The notes under the pieces: generated by a model
What the model was told of the DNA's origin: nothing
Database searches by the model: none
What the model saw: only the letters and a program-made list of their open reading frames with translations
Shown here: positions 10,112 through 20,106 of the stretch, in pieces
How positions within the stretch are numbered: the first letter of the stretch is position 1
Layout of the letters: each line of letters starts with the position of its first letter
Program-made: the position numbers and the translations under genes
NCBI GenBank assembly: GCA_963836075.1
Contig: CAWIIB010000009.1
Span: forward strand, 352,001-416,000
Length of the DNA: 64,000 bases
Direction: 5' to 3'
DNA from: an uncultured Acidobacteriota bacterium
GTDB lineage: Bacteria > Acidobacteriota > JAQAZP01

Positions 10112-12139
10112 TCATACGGCCGGGAACCCCACCCAGGGCCAGTATACGAGGAAGAGCCAGAACCAGAGCACAGCCATTGAGATGAGAAAAACGGCCGTGC
10201 CGTGCCTGGCAAAGTCGCCCAGGGAGATCAACTGCTTCCCCGTTTCGGGGTCTTTGGCTACCGCGTAAATGATCGCGTTGTTCGGCGTGCCGATGATCAG
10301 AATGTGGGCGAAGGACGAGGCGAAGGCGGTGGCAAAACCGATCATCCACGGGTGCGTGCCGGAAATCACCGCCATCGGGGTGGTGATCGGACCGATGGCG
10401 GAAACCGTCGCGCCGTCGCTCATGAAATTGGTCAGTACGCCGGTGAGGATGCTGCAGGCTATGGCCAGCCCCGTGCCCGAGCCCATCGACTCCGGCAGCA
10501 GCTCGAGGAAACCGGCGGCGATCCAGAGGCCGGCCCCGGTGACCGCCAGCCCCTTGCCCATGGCCGTCGCGCCCGCATAGAGGGCGACCACGTCCCAGTG
10601 GATGTGGCTGACGTCGCGCCAGCGGGTGATGCGGAGCATGGACATCAGCACGAGGCCCAGCAAAACAGGCCCGGCCATGCCGAAGGTGCTGGAGAGAAAA
10701 ACCCAGCCGAGGATCACCAGCACCAGGATGCCGGCCATCAGATACTCCTCGAGGAGCATCGGCCCGAGGCGCTTCGATTCGGTTTTGACGATCTCGGCCA
10801 CGTTCAGATTCTTCACTTTTATCTTCTTCCTGAAAACGAGGAAGAAATAGAGGCCCACTGCCAGGGCGGCGACCGGAACAAAGGGCAAGCCGTATTTCAT
10901 CCATTGACCGTAGGAGGGAGCATTGCCGTAATCCATCATGATGCCCAGCATGACCGCGTTTCGCCCGCCGGCGCTTGGCGACCCCGGCCCGCCCAGGTTT
11001 CCGATAAAGGTCACGATGAGGATCAGGGTGATGGCCAGGCTCCGGTCTTCATCGATCCCGGCGGATTTGATCGAAACCGCGTAGACCGCCACCATGATCG
11101 GCGCGATGAAGGCGACCAGGGCGTGCTCGGAGACGAACGAGGCACTCACCGCCAGCAGCGGGCAAAAGAGGAAAACGAACCGCCGCAGGCTGCTGGACAT
11201 CCCAAGCAGCAGGACACCGATCCGTTTGTCCAGGCCCGTTTTGGCGATCCCCACGGACAGCGCCAGCACACCGAAAATGAACAGCACCGAATCCTTGGCA
11301 AATGCCTTGGCCACCATCTCGGGAGGCATGATGCGGAACCAGTACATTACCACGCCGACCAGGATCGCCGTGAATCCGACTGGAATCGCGCCGGTGGCCC
11401 AGAAAAACGCGGCGAGGAACAGCAGCGCCACCATGACCTTGGCCTTGAATGCCGCAAAGGTCACCGGGTCCCCCCCATCATACCCTCTCATGAAGTCGGT
11501 ATACTTCCCGTAGTAATCCGAAATCGTTTGTCCCGCGGCCATCTTCTTGTATTCGGCGTAACCGCTGATCGGGTCAGCAAGATCCCCGCTCTTGACTGTT
11601 CCCAGCAGGTCGAGCATCGACCGCGGCGGCGGGAGAAGGATGATGAGGAAGAATATGAACAACCCGACAAGAATGAACAGCGGGCGGTAATTGCTGACGC
11701 CGATCAACCGTGTTTTCAAGCCGGGCTTCTTCTCCGGGATCTCGTCCTCACGGATCAGCACACCCACGCGGTGCCGCCTGGCAGCTTCGATCTCATGGAG
11801 CAGTTCCTCGAACTCCACCGGCTTCTCGAGGTAGGAATAGGCGTCGAGCTTTCCGGTGACCGTAGCGGACTGGAAGGACGCATGTCCGGTCAGGATGATG
11901 ACCTGGCTCGACGGGCTGTATTTCTTGATCGCCTTGAGGGTCTCTTCGCCGCTCATGCCCGGCATCTTCAAATCGAGAAGAATGACTTCGTACTCATGCT
12001 GGCGAACCATGGCGATCGCGTCGTCACCGCGTTCGACCTCGTGAACCTTGTACCCCCGTTTTTCGAGGCGGAGTTTCGTGTTTTCCCTGAACTTCCGTTC
12101 GTCCTCCACCATCAGAACATCGACATGCTTGTCCGGCAT
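10112..12139 (-). CDS. Receiver domain fused to an SLC13/DASS anion transporter
   Basis: N-terminal VEDE...LLDLKMPG...LTGH...LEKP, then many TM helices with DASS-like motifs (SFVSEHA, GSPSAGGRNA, LTNFMSDGAT, IGTPNNAI). Confidence 0.85.
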   Translation of the reverse strand: MPDKHVDVLMVEDERKFRENTKLRLEKRGYKVHEVERGDDAIAMVRQHEYEVILLDLKMPGMSGEETLKAIKKYSPSSQVIILTGHASFQSATVTGKLDAYSYLEKPVEFEELLHEIEAARRHRVGVLIREDEIPEKKPGLKTRLIGVSNYRPLFILVGLFIFFLIILLPPPRSMLDLLGTVKSGDLADPISGYAEYKKMAAGQTISDYYGKYTDFMRGYDGGDPVTFAAFKAKVMVALLFLAAFFWATGAIPVGFTAILVGVVMYWFRIMPPEMVAKAFAKDSVLFIFGVLALSVGIAKTGLDKRIGVLLLGMSSSLRRFVFLFCPLLAVSASFVSEHALVAFIAPIMVAVYAVSIKSAGIDEDRSLAITLILIVTFIGNLGGPGSPSAGGRNAVMLGIMMDYGNAPSYGQWMKYGLPFVPVAALAVGLYFFLVFRKKIKVKNLNVAEIVKTESKRLGPMLLEEYLMAGILVLVILGWVFLSSTFGMAGPVLLGLVLMSMLRITRWRDVSHIHWDVVALYAGATAMGKGLAVTGAGLWIAAGFLELLPESMGSGTGLAIACSILTGVLTNFMSDGATVSAIGPITTPMAVISGTHPWMIGFATAFASSFAHILIIGTPNNAIIYAVAKDPETGKQLISLGDFARHGTAVFLISMAVLWFWLFLVYWPWVGFPAV

Positions 12140-12494
12140 TTAACACTCCCGGGCACCCCTTTGCGGACCCAACCAGAATTATCGACGGGACGGAATCCAA
12201 CTTTGGGCATTATTCTCGTAAACACCTCTACGATCAAGGGATTTCGCAGAAGCAGATCAAGTTAAAATTCCGCTGTCCAGGCTGGCCGGCGGGCCTGGAG
12301 CGGAAAGCCGTCATTGACTTCATCGAACGCTCTCCGGTACATTTTCCACCAGCAGACTGATTCCGATCACGCTTGAGGCCATCCGATCAGGCACACTGCC
12401 GCAAAGGAACGAGAACTCCGTTGGGGCTCAAATCACGAACCTGGAAATCATTGATCCCGGCCGGCCGGGTGACAGTCACCAGAGAGGAGCCGCG

Positions 12495-13544
12495 ATGTTT
12501 GTCCTGATCGTTATAGTCGCCGTCACCATCCTCGTCTCGTCCAGTTGCTCGCTGTTCGAGTCGGTCCTGTACACCACCCGCATGGGCACCCTGGAAGCGT
12601 CGAAGAGCGAGGGCCGGCGGCAGCGGCTGGCCGCCTCCATGCTCGAGATGAAACGCAACATCTCCGGGCCCATCGCCGCCATCCTGATCCTCAACACCAT
12701 CGCCAACACCGCCGGGGCCACCATGGCCGGCGCCTGGGCGGACAAGGTGCTCGGCGTGGGGATGGTCCCCCTCTTCTCGATCCTCTTCACCTTTGCCATC
12801 CTGTTTTTTGCAGAAATCTTTCCCAAAACTGCGGGGGCGGTGTACTGGCGCACCCTCTGGCCGGGCATCGTCCGGCCGCTGACCGCCATGCGCTACCTCC
12901 TCTCGCCGCTGATCTGGGTCACGGAAAAGGCGACCTCGCTGATCACCCGCGGCCAGAAGTCACAGCACATCACCGAGAAGGAGATTCTCGCCGTCATCCG
13001 CTGGGGCGAAACCGAAGGGGAAATATCGAATCTCGAGAGCCTCATCGTCCACAACATCATCGGGCTCGAGGACAAACAGGTTGAGGACATCATGACGCCG
13101 CGGACGGTGATGTTCAGCCTGCCCGAGACCGCGCTGGTGGAAGACGTCCGCGAGGAGGCCAGCGAACGGGGGTTCACCCGCATACCGCTATACCGCGACG
13201 ACCGCGAGCGGATTACCGGCTACGTGATGATCCACGATCTCAACTCGCACCAGGCATGCAGCAAGCAAGGGGTGACGCTGGCCGAACTGGCCCGCCCGAT
13301 GGGCTTTATCGACCAGGGGACCAACTGCCTCAAGCTCCTGGCCCGCTTCCTCCGCACCCGGCGCCACGTGTCGGTGGTGAAAGACACCTATGGCGGCGTG
13401 GCCGGCCTGGTCACCCTCGAGGACCTGCTGGAAACCATGCTCGGGACGGAGATTGTGGACGAGCGGGACGAGGTGGCCGACCTGCAGAAACTGGCCCGGC
13501 GTAAAATGCGAAGGGGTCCCGCCGAAAAGGACGGAGGAGGCTGA
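12495..13544 (+). CDS. CNNM (DUF21)-CBS domain protein
   Basis: CSLFESVL, ILILNTIANT, EIFPKT, IMTPR, FTRIPLY, GLVTLEDLLE. Confidence 0.9.
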   Translation: MFVLIVIVAVTILVSSSCSLFESVLYTTRMGTLEASKSEGRRQRLAASMLEMKRNISGPIAAILILNTIANTAGATMAGAWADKVLGVGMVPLFSILFTFAILFFAEIFPKTAGAVYWRTLWPGIVRPLTAMRYLLSPLIWVTEKATSLITRGQKSQHITEKEILAVIRWGETEGEISNLESLIVHNIIGLEDKQVEDIMTPRTVMFSLPETALVEDVREEASERGFTRIPLYRDDRERITGYVMIHDLNSHQACSKQGVTLAELARPMGFIDQGTNCLKLLARFLRTRRHVSVVKDTYGGVAGLVTLEDLLETMLGTEIVDERDEVADLQKLARRKMRRGPAEKDGGG

Positions 13545-13546
13545 TT

Positions 13547-14788
13547 ATGACCATCTGGCTCTGGGTCGGATTTGTCGTCTTCGTGCTGTTCCTGCTGGCC
13601 CTGGACCTGGGGGTGTTCAACCGCAAGGCCCACGTGGTCTCCGCCGGCGAGGCGCTGGGCTGGACGGCCCTCTGGGTCGCGCTGGCGCTGCTCTTCAACG
13701 TCGCGATCTACTACCTCTATGAGAATCACTGGCTCGGAGTGGGCCTCGAGATTGGCCATTCGCTCGGGGGGCGGCAGGCGGCCCTGCAGTTCTTCACCGG
13801 CTACCTCATCGAGAAGTCGCTGAGCCTCGACAACATCTTCGTCATCGCGCTCATCTTCACCTACTTCAGTGTGCCCCTGCGGCACCAGCACCGGCTGCTC
13901 TTCTGGGGCGTGCTCGGCGCACTGGTCCTTCGCGGGCTGATGATCGTCGCCGGCGTGGCGCTGATCAGCCGCTTCAGCTGGATGATCTACGTTTTCGGCG
14001 GCCTGCTGCTGGTGACCGCGGTGAAGATGCTGGTGGCCCGCCATGACAACCTGGCAACGGAAAACAACCCGCTGGTCCGGCTGACCCGCCGCTTCTACCC
14101 GGTCACCGACGACATCGAGAGCGGGAGGTTTTTCACCAGGGTTGACGGGCGCAGGGCCGTTACGCCGCTTTTTCTCGCCCTGATGGTGATCGAGAGCACC
14201 GACATCCTCTTCGCCGTGGACTCCATCCCCGCCATCTTCGCCGTCACCCGGGACCCGTTTATCATTTTCACGTCCAATGTCTTCGCCATCCTCGGGCTGC
14301 GCTCGCTCTACTTCGTCCTCGCCGCGGCCCTGGAGCGGTTCCGCTACCTCAAGATGAGCCTGGCCTTCATCCTCGCCTTCGTGGGCGTGAAAATGATTCT
14401 CGCCCACCACCACCCCATTCCGACGATGATCTCGCTGGCGGTGATCGCCGGGATCCTACTTGTCGGGATCGCCGCATCAATGCTTCACGGCCACCGGGAC
14501 ACGGCGGCCCTGGTCTCGCCCGTGGTCGAAGAAATGGAGCAGATCCTGCGCTTGACCGTCCGGCGCGCGAAACGCGTGATCATCCTGGTGGTGGGGAGCA
14601 CGGTGATCCTCCTCGGCGCGGCGCTGCTGGTGCTGCCCGGCCCGGGCCTGCTGGTGATCTTCTTCGGCATTTCTCTTCTGGCCACCGAGTTTTTCTGGGC
14701 CCGGCGGCTCCTGCGCAGGGTGCGCCGGGAGACATCGAGGCTGGCGAAGGCGTCAAAGCGGACGCTGGGTATGGGGGACGATGGTTGA
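13547..14788 (+). CDS. TerC/Alx family membrane protein with C-terminal PGPG(W)-type helix pair
   Basis: YLIEKSLSLDNIFV, DILFAVDSIPA, TSNVFAILGLRSLYF; extra C-terminal LLVLPGPGLL segment. Confidence 0.9.
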   Translation: MTIWLWVGFVVFVLFLLALDLGVFNRKAHVVSAGEALGWTALWVALALLFNVAIYYLYENHWLGVGLEIGHSLGGRQAALQFFTGYLIEKSLSLDNIFVIALIFTYFSVPLRHQHRLLFWGVLGALVLRGLMIVAGVALISRFSWMIYVFGGLLLVTAVKMLVARHDNLATENNPLVRLTRRFYPVTDDIESGRFFTRVDGRRAVTPLFLALMVIESTDILFAVDSIPAIFAVTRDPFIIFTSNVFAILGLRSLYFVLAAALERFRYLKMSLAFILAFVGVKMILAHHHPIPTMISLAVIAGILLVGIAASMLHGHRDTAALVSPVVEEMEQILRLTVRRAKRVIILVVGSTVILLGAALLVLPGPGLLVIFFGISLLATEFFWARRLLRRVRRETSRLAKASKRTLGMGDDG

Positions 14789-14886
14789 GTCATGTTGCCT
14801 CGATCCGGCCGGATAGACTATCCTTTCTTCGTCTCATTCCCCTCTAAAAGGAAGAACCACCCCGGGGTCAACGAAGGGCCACCGAC

Positions 14887-17100
14887 ATGACAGTCAATGC
14901 CAAGACCCGGACTCTGGGCACCTTTCTCGGTGTGTTCACACCGACCATGCTGACCATCCTCGGCGTAATCATGTATCTGCGCTTCGGCTGGCTGGTGGGT
15001 CACCTCGGTCTGCTCCGCGCCCTGCTGGCCGTCTGCCTGGCCAACATCATCACCCTGGTCACCACGCTCTCCTTTTCCGCCGTGGCCACCAACACCCGCG
15101 TCGGGGCCGGCGGGGCCTACTTCATCATCTCCCGCAGCCTGGGCCTGGAGCTGGGCGGGGCGATCGGCTTCCCCCTCTTCCTCTCCCAGGCCTTTTCGGT
15201 CACGCTCTACGCCTACGGCCTGGCCGAATCGCTGCGGCTCTTCTGGCCGGCCCTGCCGCTGCAGCTGGCGGTGCTGGTGATCATCGCCGTGGTGGCCGCC
15301 CTGGCCCTGGTGGGCGCCGAAGCGGCGCTGAAGTCGCAGCTCCCGCTGATGGTCTTCATCGCGGTGTCCATCGGCGCCTTTGCCGCCGGCGCCATCCTTC
15401 GGGCGCCCGGGGCCAGCATCCCGATCACTCCCCCATCGGGCGAGGTGCCTTTCTGGGCCGGTTTTGCCGTGTTCTTTCCCGCGGTGACCGGGGTGATGGC
15501 CGGCCTTGGCCTCTCCGGGGATCTGAAGGACCCGGAACGCTCCATTCCGCGGGGTTCTCTGCTCGCCGTGCTCACCGGGTTCGCGGTCTACCTCATCATT
15601 CCCGTCCTGCTGGTGATCGGCGCCACCCCCGATGAACTGCGCACCAACCCCATGATCTGGTCAAAGGTGGCGCCGCTGGGTCCCTGGCTGATCTTTCCCG
15701 GACTCTGGGGCGCCATCTTCTCCTCGGCCGTGGCCTCGATGCTCGGCGCGCCGCGAACCCTCCAGGCCCTGTCCCGGGACCGGCTGATCCCCCGCTTCTT
15801 CGGTCTGCGCACCGGCGACTGGCGGGAGCTGGCGCCGGGGTTCGCCCTTTCGGTGATCATCGCCCTTTCCGCCGTCTTGCTCGGGGACCTCAACGCCGTG
15901 GCCACGGTGGTCACCATCTTTTTCATCACGGTCTACGGCACGCTGAACATCGTCGCCGCCGCGGAATCGCTGAGCGGCGACCCGTCCTGGCGCCCCACGC
16001 TGCGGGTGCCCTGGCCGGTCAGCCTGGCCGGCGGCCTGGCCTGCGTGGCGGTGATGTTCCTGATCAGCCCGCTGGCCGGCATCCTCGCCGTCTTTGCCGA
16101 ACTGTGCCTCTGGCTGCTGCTGACCCGCCGGGAGCGGGCCGAGACCTGGGGGGACGCCCGCCGCGGGATCTACGAATCGCTGATCCGCAAGGCGCTGCTG
16201 CAGCTGGCCAAGCGCCCGGTGAGCGCCCGGAACTGGCGGCCCCACGTGCTGGTCTTCATCTCCGACCCGCTGCTCGGGCTGGACCTGATCCGCTTCGCCG
16301 GCTGGTTCAGCCAGGGGCGCGGCCTGGTCACCGCCTGCGAGCTGCTGGTGGGCGACCTGGAGGACGAGGACCTGGACCTGGAGGGCCGCCGGCAGCGGAT
16401 CAACGACATCCTCCGCCAGGAAGGCCTGGTGGCCTTTGCCGAGGTGGACGTGGTGCGCAGCGTCCTGGACGGCATCACCGGCGTTTCCCAGGCCAACGGC
16501 ATGGCCGGTCTGCAGAGCAACACGGTGCTCCTCGGCTGGCCCGAAGACCGCGCGCTGCTGATCGAGTTCCTGCACACCATGAACCGGTTGGAACGGCTGC
16601 ACAAGTCGCTGATCATCGGGCGGATCGAGCCTCGTCACCTCTACCCCCGGATGGGGGTCGAGCGCACGATCCATGTCTGGTGGAGCGGGCTGGAGCGCAA
16701 CGGCGATCTGATGCTGCTGCTGGCCCACCTGCTCACCCGAAACCCGGTCTGGCGCCGGGCCAAGGTCCGGGTGATGAGCGTGGCGTCGAACGAACTGATG
16801 AAGACCGAGACCGAACGCCACCTGGCCCGCCTGATCCCCGAGATCAAGATCGATGCCGAGCCGCACGTGATCATCAAACCCCCGGACACCCGCGTCCGCG
16901 ACGTGGTCCACAAAGAGAGCGCGGATGCGGAGGTGGTCTTTTTCGGGCTCAACACTCCTGACGAGGGGAAGGAAGCGGAATATGCCGAACGGCTGGAGGA
17001 GCTGGCCGGGAAACTGCCCACCGTGTTCTTCGTCAAGAACTCGAGCCTGTTCATCGGTGACCTGATCAGCCCGAGCAATGACGAGAACGGAGACTCCTGA
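14887..17100 (+). CDS. Cation-chloride cotransporter (SLC12/CCC, APC superfamily)
   Basis: GVFTPTMLTILGVIMYLR, GGAYFIISRSLG, FFPAVTG, RNWRPHVLV and cytoplasmic C-terminal domain. Confidence 0.9.
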   Translation: MTVNAKTRTLGTFLGVFTPTMLTILGVIMYLRFGWLVGHLGLLRALLAVCLANIITLVTTLSFSAVATNTRVGAGGAYFIISRSLGLELGGAIGFPLFLSQAFSVTLYAYGLAESLRLFWPALPLQLAVLVIIAVVAALALVGAEAALKSQLPLMVFIAVSIGAFAAGAILRAPGASIPITPPSGEVPFWAGFAVFFPAVTGVMAGLGLSGDLKDPERSIPRGSLLAVLTGFAVYLIIPVLLVIGATPDELRTNPMIWSKVAPLGPWLIFPGLWGAIFSSAVASMLGAPRTLQALSRDRLIPRFFGLRTGDWRELAPGFALSVIIALSAVLLGDLNAVATVVTIFFITVYGTLNIVAAAESLSGDPSWRPTLRVPWPVSLAGGLACVAVMFLISPLAGILAVFAELCLWLLLTRRERAETWGDARRGIYESLIRKALLQLAKRPVSARNWRPHVLVFISDPLLGLDLIRFAGWFSQGRGLVTACELLVGDLEDEDLDLEGRRQRINDILRQEGLVAFAEVDVVRSVLDGITGVSQANGMAGLQSNTVLLGWPEDRALLIEFLHTMNRLERLHKSLIIGRIEPRHLYPRMGVERTIHVWWSGLERNGDLMLLLAHLLTRNPVWRRAKVRVMSVASNELMKTETERHLARLIPEIKIDAEPHVIIKPPDTRVRDVVHKESADAEVVFFGLNTPDEGKEAEYAERLEELAGKLPTVFFVKNSSLFIGDLISPSNDENGDS

Positions 17101-17314
17101 ACCACGACCGGTCCATTTTTCTCCGGGACCGGCGGGATATTCCACTGTAGGCGATGGAAGATACCGATGATGATCGACGAGACCAAACCCGCGCCAGGAG
17201 AAAATGCATTAGCACCGTGAAACCGTTCCAGAGCCAGAGTGTCGGCGCTTCCCTCGCCTCCCCTGCACCGTGATAAAATGCCGGACAGACCAGTCAAAAC
17301 AAGGGGGACCTGAC

Positions 17315-19882
17315 ATGATTCATTCGGTAAAGACCTTCCGGGTGCAGCCGGCACTCCCCGACCCGGTCAAGGGGCTGGTTGAGATCGCCTACAACCTGCA
17401 CTGGACCTGGCGCAAGGAAACGGTGGAACTGTTCCGCCGCCTCGACCGGGAGGCGTGGGAGACGTCGGGGCACAACCCGGTGCTGATGCTGGGGACGATG
17501 GATCAGCAGCGGCTCGACCGGCTCCCCGAAGACAATGGCTTCATGGCTCACCTGGAGCGGGTCCACACCTACCTGCAGGGCTACCTCGAGGCTGAAACCT
17601 GGTACGAAAAACAGCACGGCAAACCGGCTGCGCCGCTGGTCGCCTATTTCTCCATGGAGTTCGGCCTCACCGACTGCCTGCCGATCTACTCGGGGGGCCT
17701 GGGCATCCTGGCCGGCGATCACCTGAAATCGGCTTCCGAGCTCGGCGTGCCGCTGGCCGGGGTGGGGTTGATGTATCGCCAGGGCTACTTCCAGCAGTAC
17801 CTCAACGAGGACGGCTGGCAGCAGGAGTTCTACCCGGACAACGACTTCTACAACCTTCCGGTGCGGCTGGAGACCGGGGCCGACGGCGCCCCGGTCACCG
17901 TGGCGGTGCCGCTGGCCGACCGGGAAGTACACTGCCGGATCTGGCGCGCCGACGTGGGCCGGGTCCCGCTCTACCTTCTCGACACCGGCTTTCCGGCCAA
18001 CAGCCCCGCCGACCGCAAGATCACGCTCCAGCTCTATGGCGGGGACCAGGAAGCAAGGATCCAGCAGGAGATCGTCCTCGGCATCGGCGGGATGCGCGCC
18101 CTGCGGCAGCTCGGCGTCTGCCCCACCGTCTGCCACATGAACGAGGGCCACTCCGGGTTTCTCGCCCTGGAAAGGATCCTGCACCGCCGGGAGACCCTGA
18201 AGCTGAGCAACTGGGAGGCGTCGGAGCTGACCGGATGCGGCACGCTGTTCACCACCCACACCCCCGTCCCGGCGGGGATCGACGAGTTTCCCCGGGAGCT
18301 GATGACCCGCTACTTCAAGCGCTTCTTCCCCGAGGACCCCGATACGCTGGAGAGCTTTCTCTCCTGGGGCCGGCTGCACCGGCGGGCCAACCCCGACGAG
18401 CCGTTCAACATGGCGATCATGGCTCTGCGCTTCGCCGACTTCGCCAACGGCGTCAGCCGGCTCCACGGCCGGGTTTCGCGTAAGATGTGGCAACTGCTCT
18501 GGCCCGGGGTCCCCGAGGAGGAGGTCCCCATCGACCACGTGACCAACGGCGTGCACATCAACTCCTGGATCTCCTCCGACATGGCCGGGCTTTTCGACCG
18601 CTACCTCGGCCCGGACTGGGAGCAGAAACCGGCGGACCAGGAGATCTGGGCCGGGGTGGACGGGATCCCCGACGAGGAGCTGTGGCGGACCCACGAACGC
18701 CGCAGGGAGCGGCTGGTGGCCTTCACCCGGCGGCGGCTGCGCGAGCAGCTCCAGCGGCGCGGCGCACCGGCCCCGGAGATCGAGGCCGCCGGCGGCGCCC
18801 TGAATCACGACGCGTTGACCATCGGCTTCGCCCGCCGCTTCGCCACCTACAAGCGGGCCACACTGCTCCTGGAAGACGAAGCGCGGCTCTCGGCGCTGCT
18901 GCGCGACGAGGAGCGGCCGCTGCAGATCATCTTCGCCGGGAAGGCGCACCCCCGGGACGATGAAGGGAAGAACCTCATCCGGCGGATCATCGCCTTCGCC
19001 CGCAAGGACGCGATCCGCCGCCGGGTGGTGTTTCTCGAAAACTACGACATGAACGTGGCCCGCTACCTGGTCCAGGGGGTCGATGTCTGGCTCAACACCC
19101 CCCGGCGCCCCCTGGAGGCCTCGGGAACCTCGGGGATGAAGGTCTGCGCCAACGGCGGTCTGAACCTGAGCATCCTCGACGGCTGGTGGGACGAGGGCTA
19201 CGCCCCCTCCCGCGGCTGGTCCATTGGCCTGGGCGAGGAGTACGACGAATGGAAACAGCAGGATGCCGTGGAGAGCCGGTCGCTGTTCCACATCCTGGAA
19301 AGCGAACTGCTGCCGCTGTTCTACGAGCGGGGCACCGACGGGCTCCCCCGGCGCTGGCTGGCCAAGGTCAAAGCATCGATGCGGGAGCTCTCCCCGGCGT
19401 TCAGCGCCAACCGGATGGTCCGCGAGTATACCGAGCGGTTCTACGTGCCGGCGCAGGAACGCTGGCGCCGGATGGAGGTGGACAACGCACAGCCGGCACG
19501 GGACTTCGCCGCCTGGCGGGTGAGGGTGACCAAGGCCTGGGACGGGGTCAGAGTGGCTGGGGTCCAGGTTGATACACCGACGGAGATCGCGGTTGGAACC
19601 GAGCTCCGGGTGACCGCCGAAGTGGAGTTGGGCCAACTCACCCCCGCCGACGTGGCGGTGGAAATCTACACCGGAAGCGTCGACAGCGAAGAGCAGATCG
19701 GATCCGGGACTGCCGTCGCCATGGCGGACCAGGGACAGGGGAAACCCGGAACCTGGGGCTATGCCGGGACCATCGCCTGCACCGACACCGGGCTGCGGGG
19801 GCTCTCGGTGCGGATCCTGCCGCACCACGAGATGATGGCCGGCAAGCACGACCTGGGGCTGATCCGCTGGGCCGACGCCTGA
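17315..19882 (+). CDS. glgP: Alpha-glucan (glycogen) phosphorylase
   Basis: YFSMEFGL, YSGGLGILAGD, HMNEGH, GFARRFATYKR, PLP-lysine motif EASGTSGMK. Confidence 0.95.
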   Translation: MIHSVKTFRVQPALPDPVKGLVEIAYNLHWTWRKETVELFRRLDREAWETSGHNPVLMLGTMDQQRLDRLPEDNGFMAHLERVHTYLQGYLEAETWYEKQHGKPAAPLVAYFSMEFGLTDCLPIYSGGLGILAGDHLKSASELGVPLAGVGLMYRQGYFQQYLNEDGWQQEFYPDNDFYNLPVRLETGADGAPVTVAVPLADREVHCRIWRADVGRVPLYLLDTGFPANSPADRKITLQLYGGDQEARIQQEIVLGIGGMRALRQLGVCPTVCHMNEGHSGFLALERILHRRETLKLSNWEASELTGCGTLFTTHTPVPAGIDEFPRELMTRYFKRFFPEDPDTLESFLSWGRLHRRANPDEPFNMAIMALRFADFANGVSRLHGRVSRKMWQLLWPGVPEEEVPIDHVTNGVHINSWISSDMAGLFDRYLGPDWEQKPADQEIWAGVDGIPDEELWRTHERRRERLVAFTRRRLREQLQRRGAPAPEIEAAGGALNHDALTIGFARRFATYKRATLLLEDEARLSALLRDEERPLQIIFAGKAHPRDDEGKNLIRRIIAFARKDAIRRRVVFLENYDMNVARYLVQGVDVWLNTPRRPLEASGTSGMKVCANGGLNLSILDGWWDEGYAPSRGWSIGLGEEYDEWKQQDAVESRSLFHILESELLPLFYERGTDGLPRRWLAKVKASMRELSPAFSANRMVREYTERFYVPAQERWRRMEVDNAQPARDFAAWRVRVTKAWDGVRVAGVQVDTPTEIAVGTELRVTAEVELGQLTPADVAVEIYTGSVDSEEQIGSGTAVAMADQGQGKPGTWGYAGTIACTDTGLRGLSVRILPHHEMMAGKHDLGLIRWADA

Positions 19883-19970
19883 CCCGGCCATTCACTGCCC
19901 GCCGGGGGAAGAGCTTACCAACACGAATAGCCCCGGGCAATGTGGACTGTTTGAAAATGTTGCAAGCCGC

Positions 19971-20002
19971 GGGTTACTTTCGTGCCCCATTCGTCATTAG
20001 TC
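19971..20002 (+). promoter_or_regulatory. Conserved bipartite motif, copy 1 (putative ECF promoter)
   Basis: GGGTTACTTTC-N10-CGTCATTAGTC; identical arms at 27889-27920. Confidence 0.6.
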
Positions 20003-20106
20003 GGAATGAGGGAACGGCCGCAAAGCGGCGGTCTGCTTTTCCGCCTTGATGAGCTTGAGTCTCATCTTCCCGGGCACCGCGCCCGGAAGCCCAGGAGAAA
20101 AGAGCG

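Noticed and set aside
12265-12494. yybP-ykoY or c-di-GMP riboswitch upstream of the CNNM-TerC operon
   Set aside because: Only a partial GGCACAC...GCAAAG resemblance; the conserved cores and pairing could not be identified
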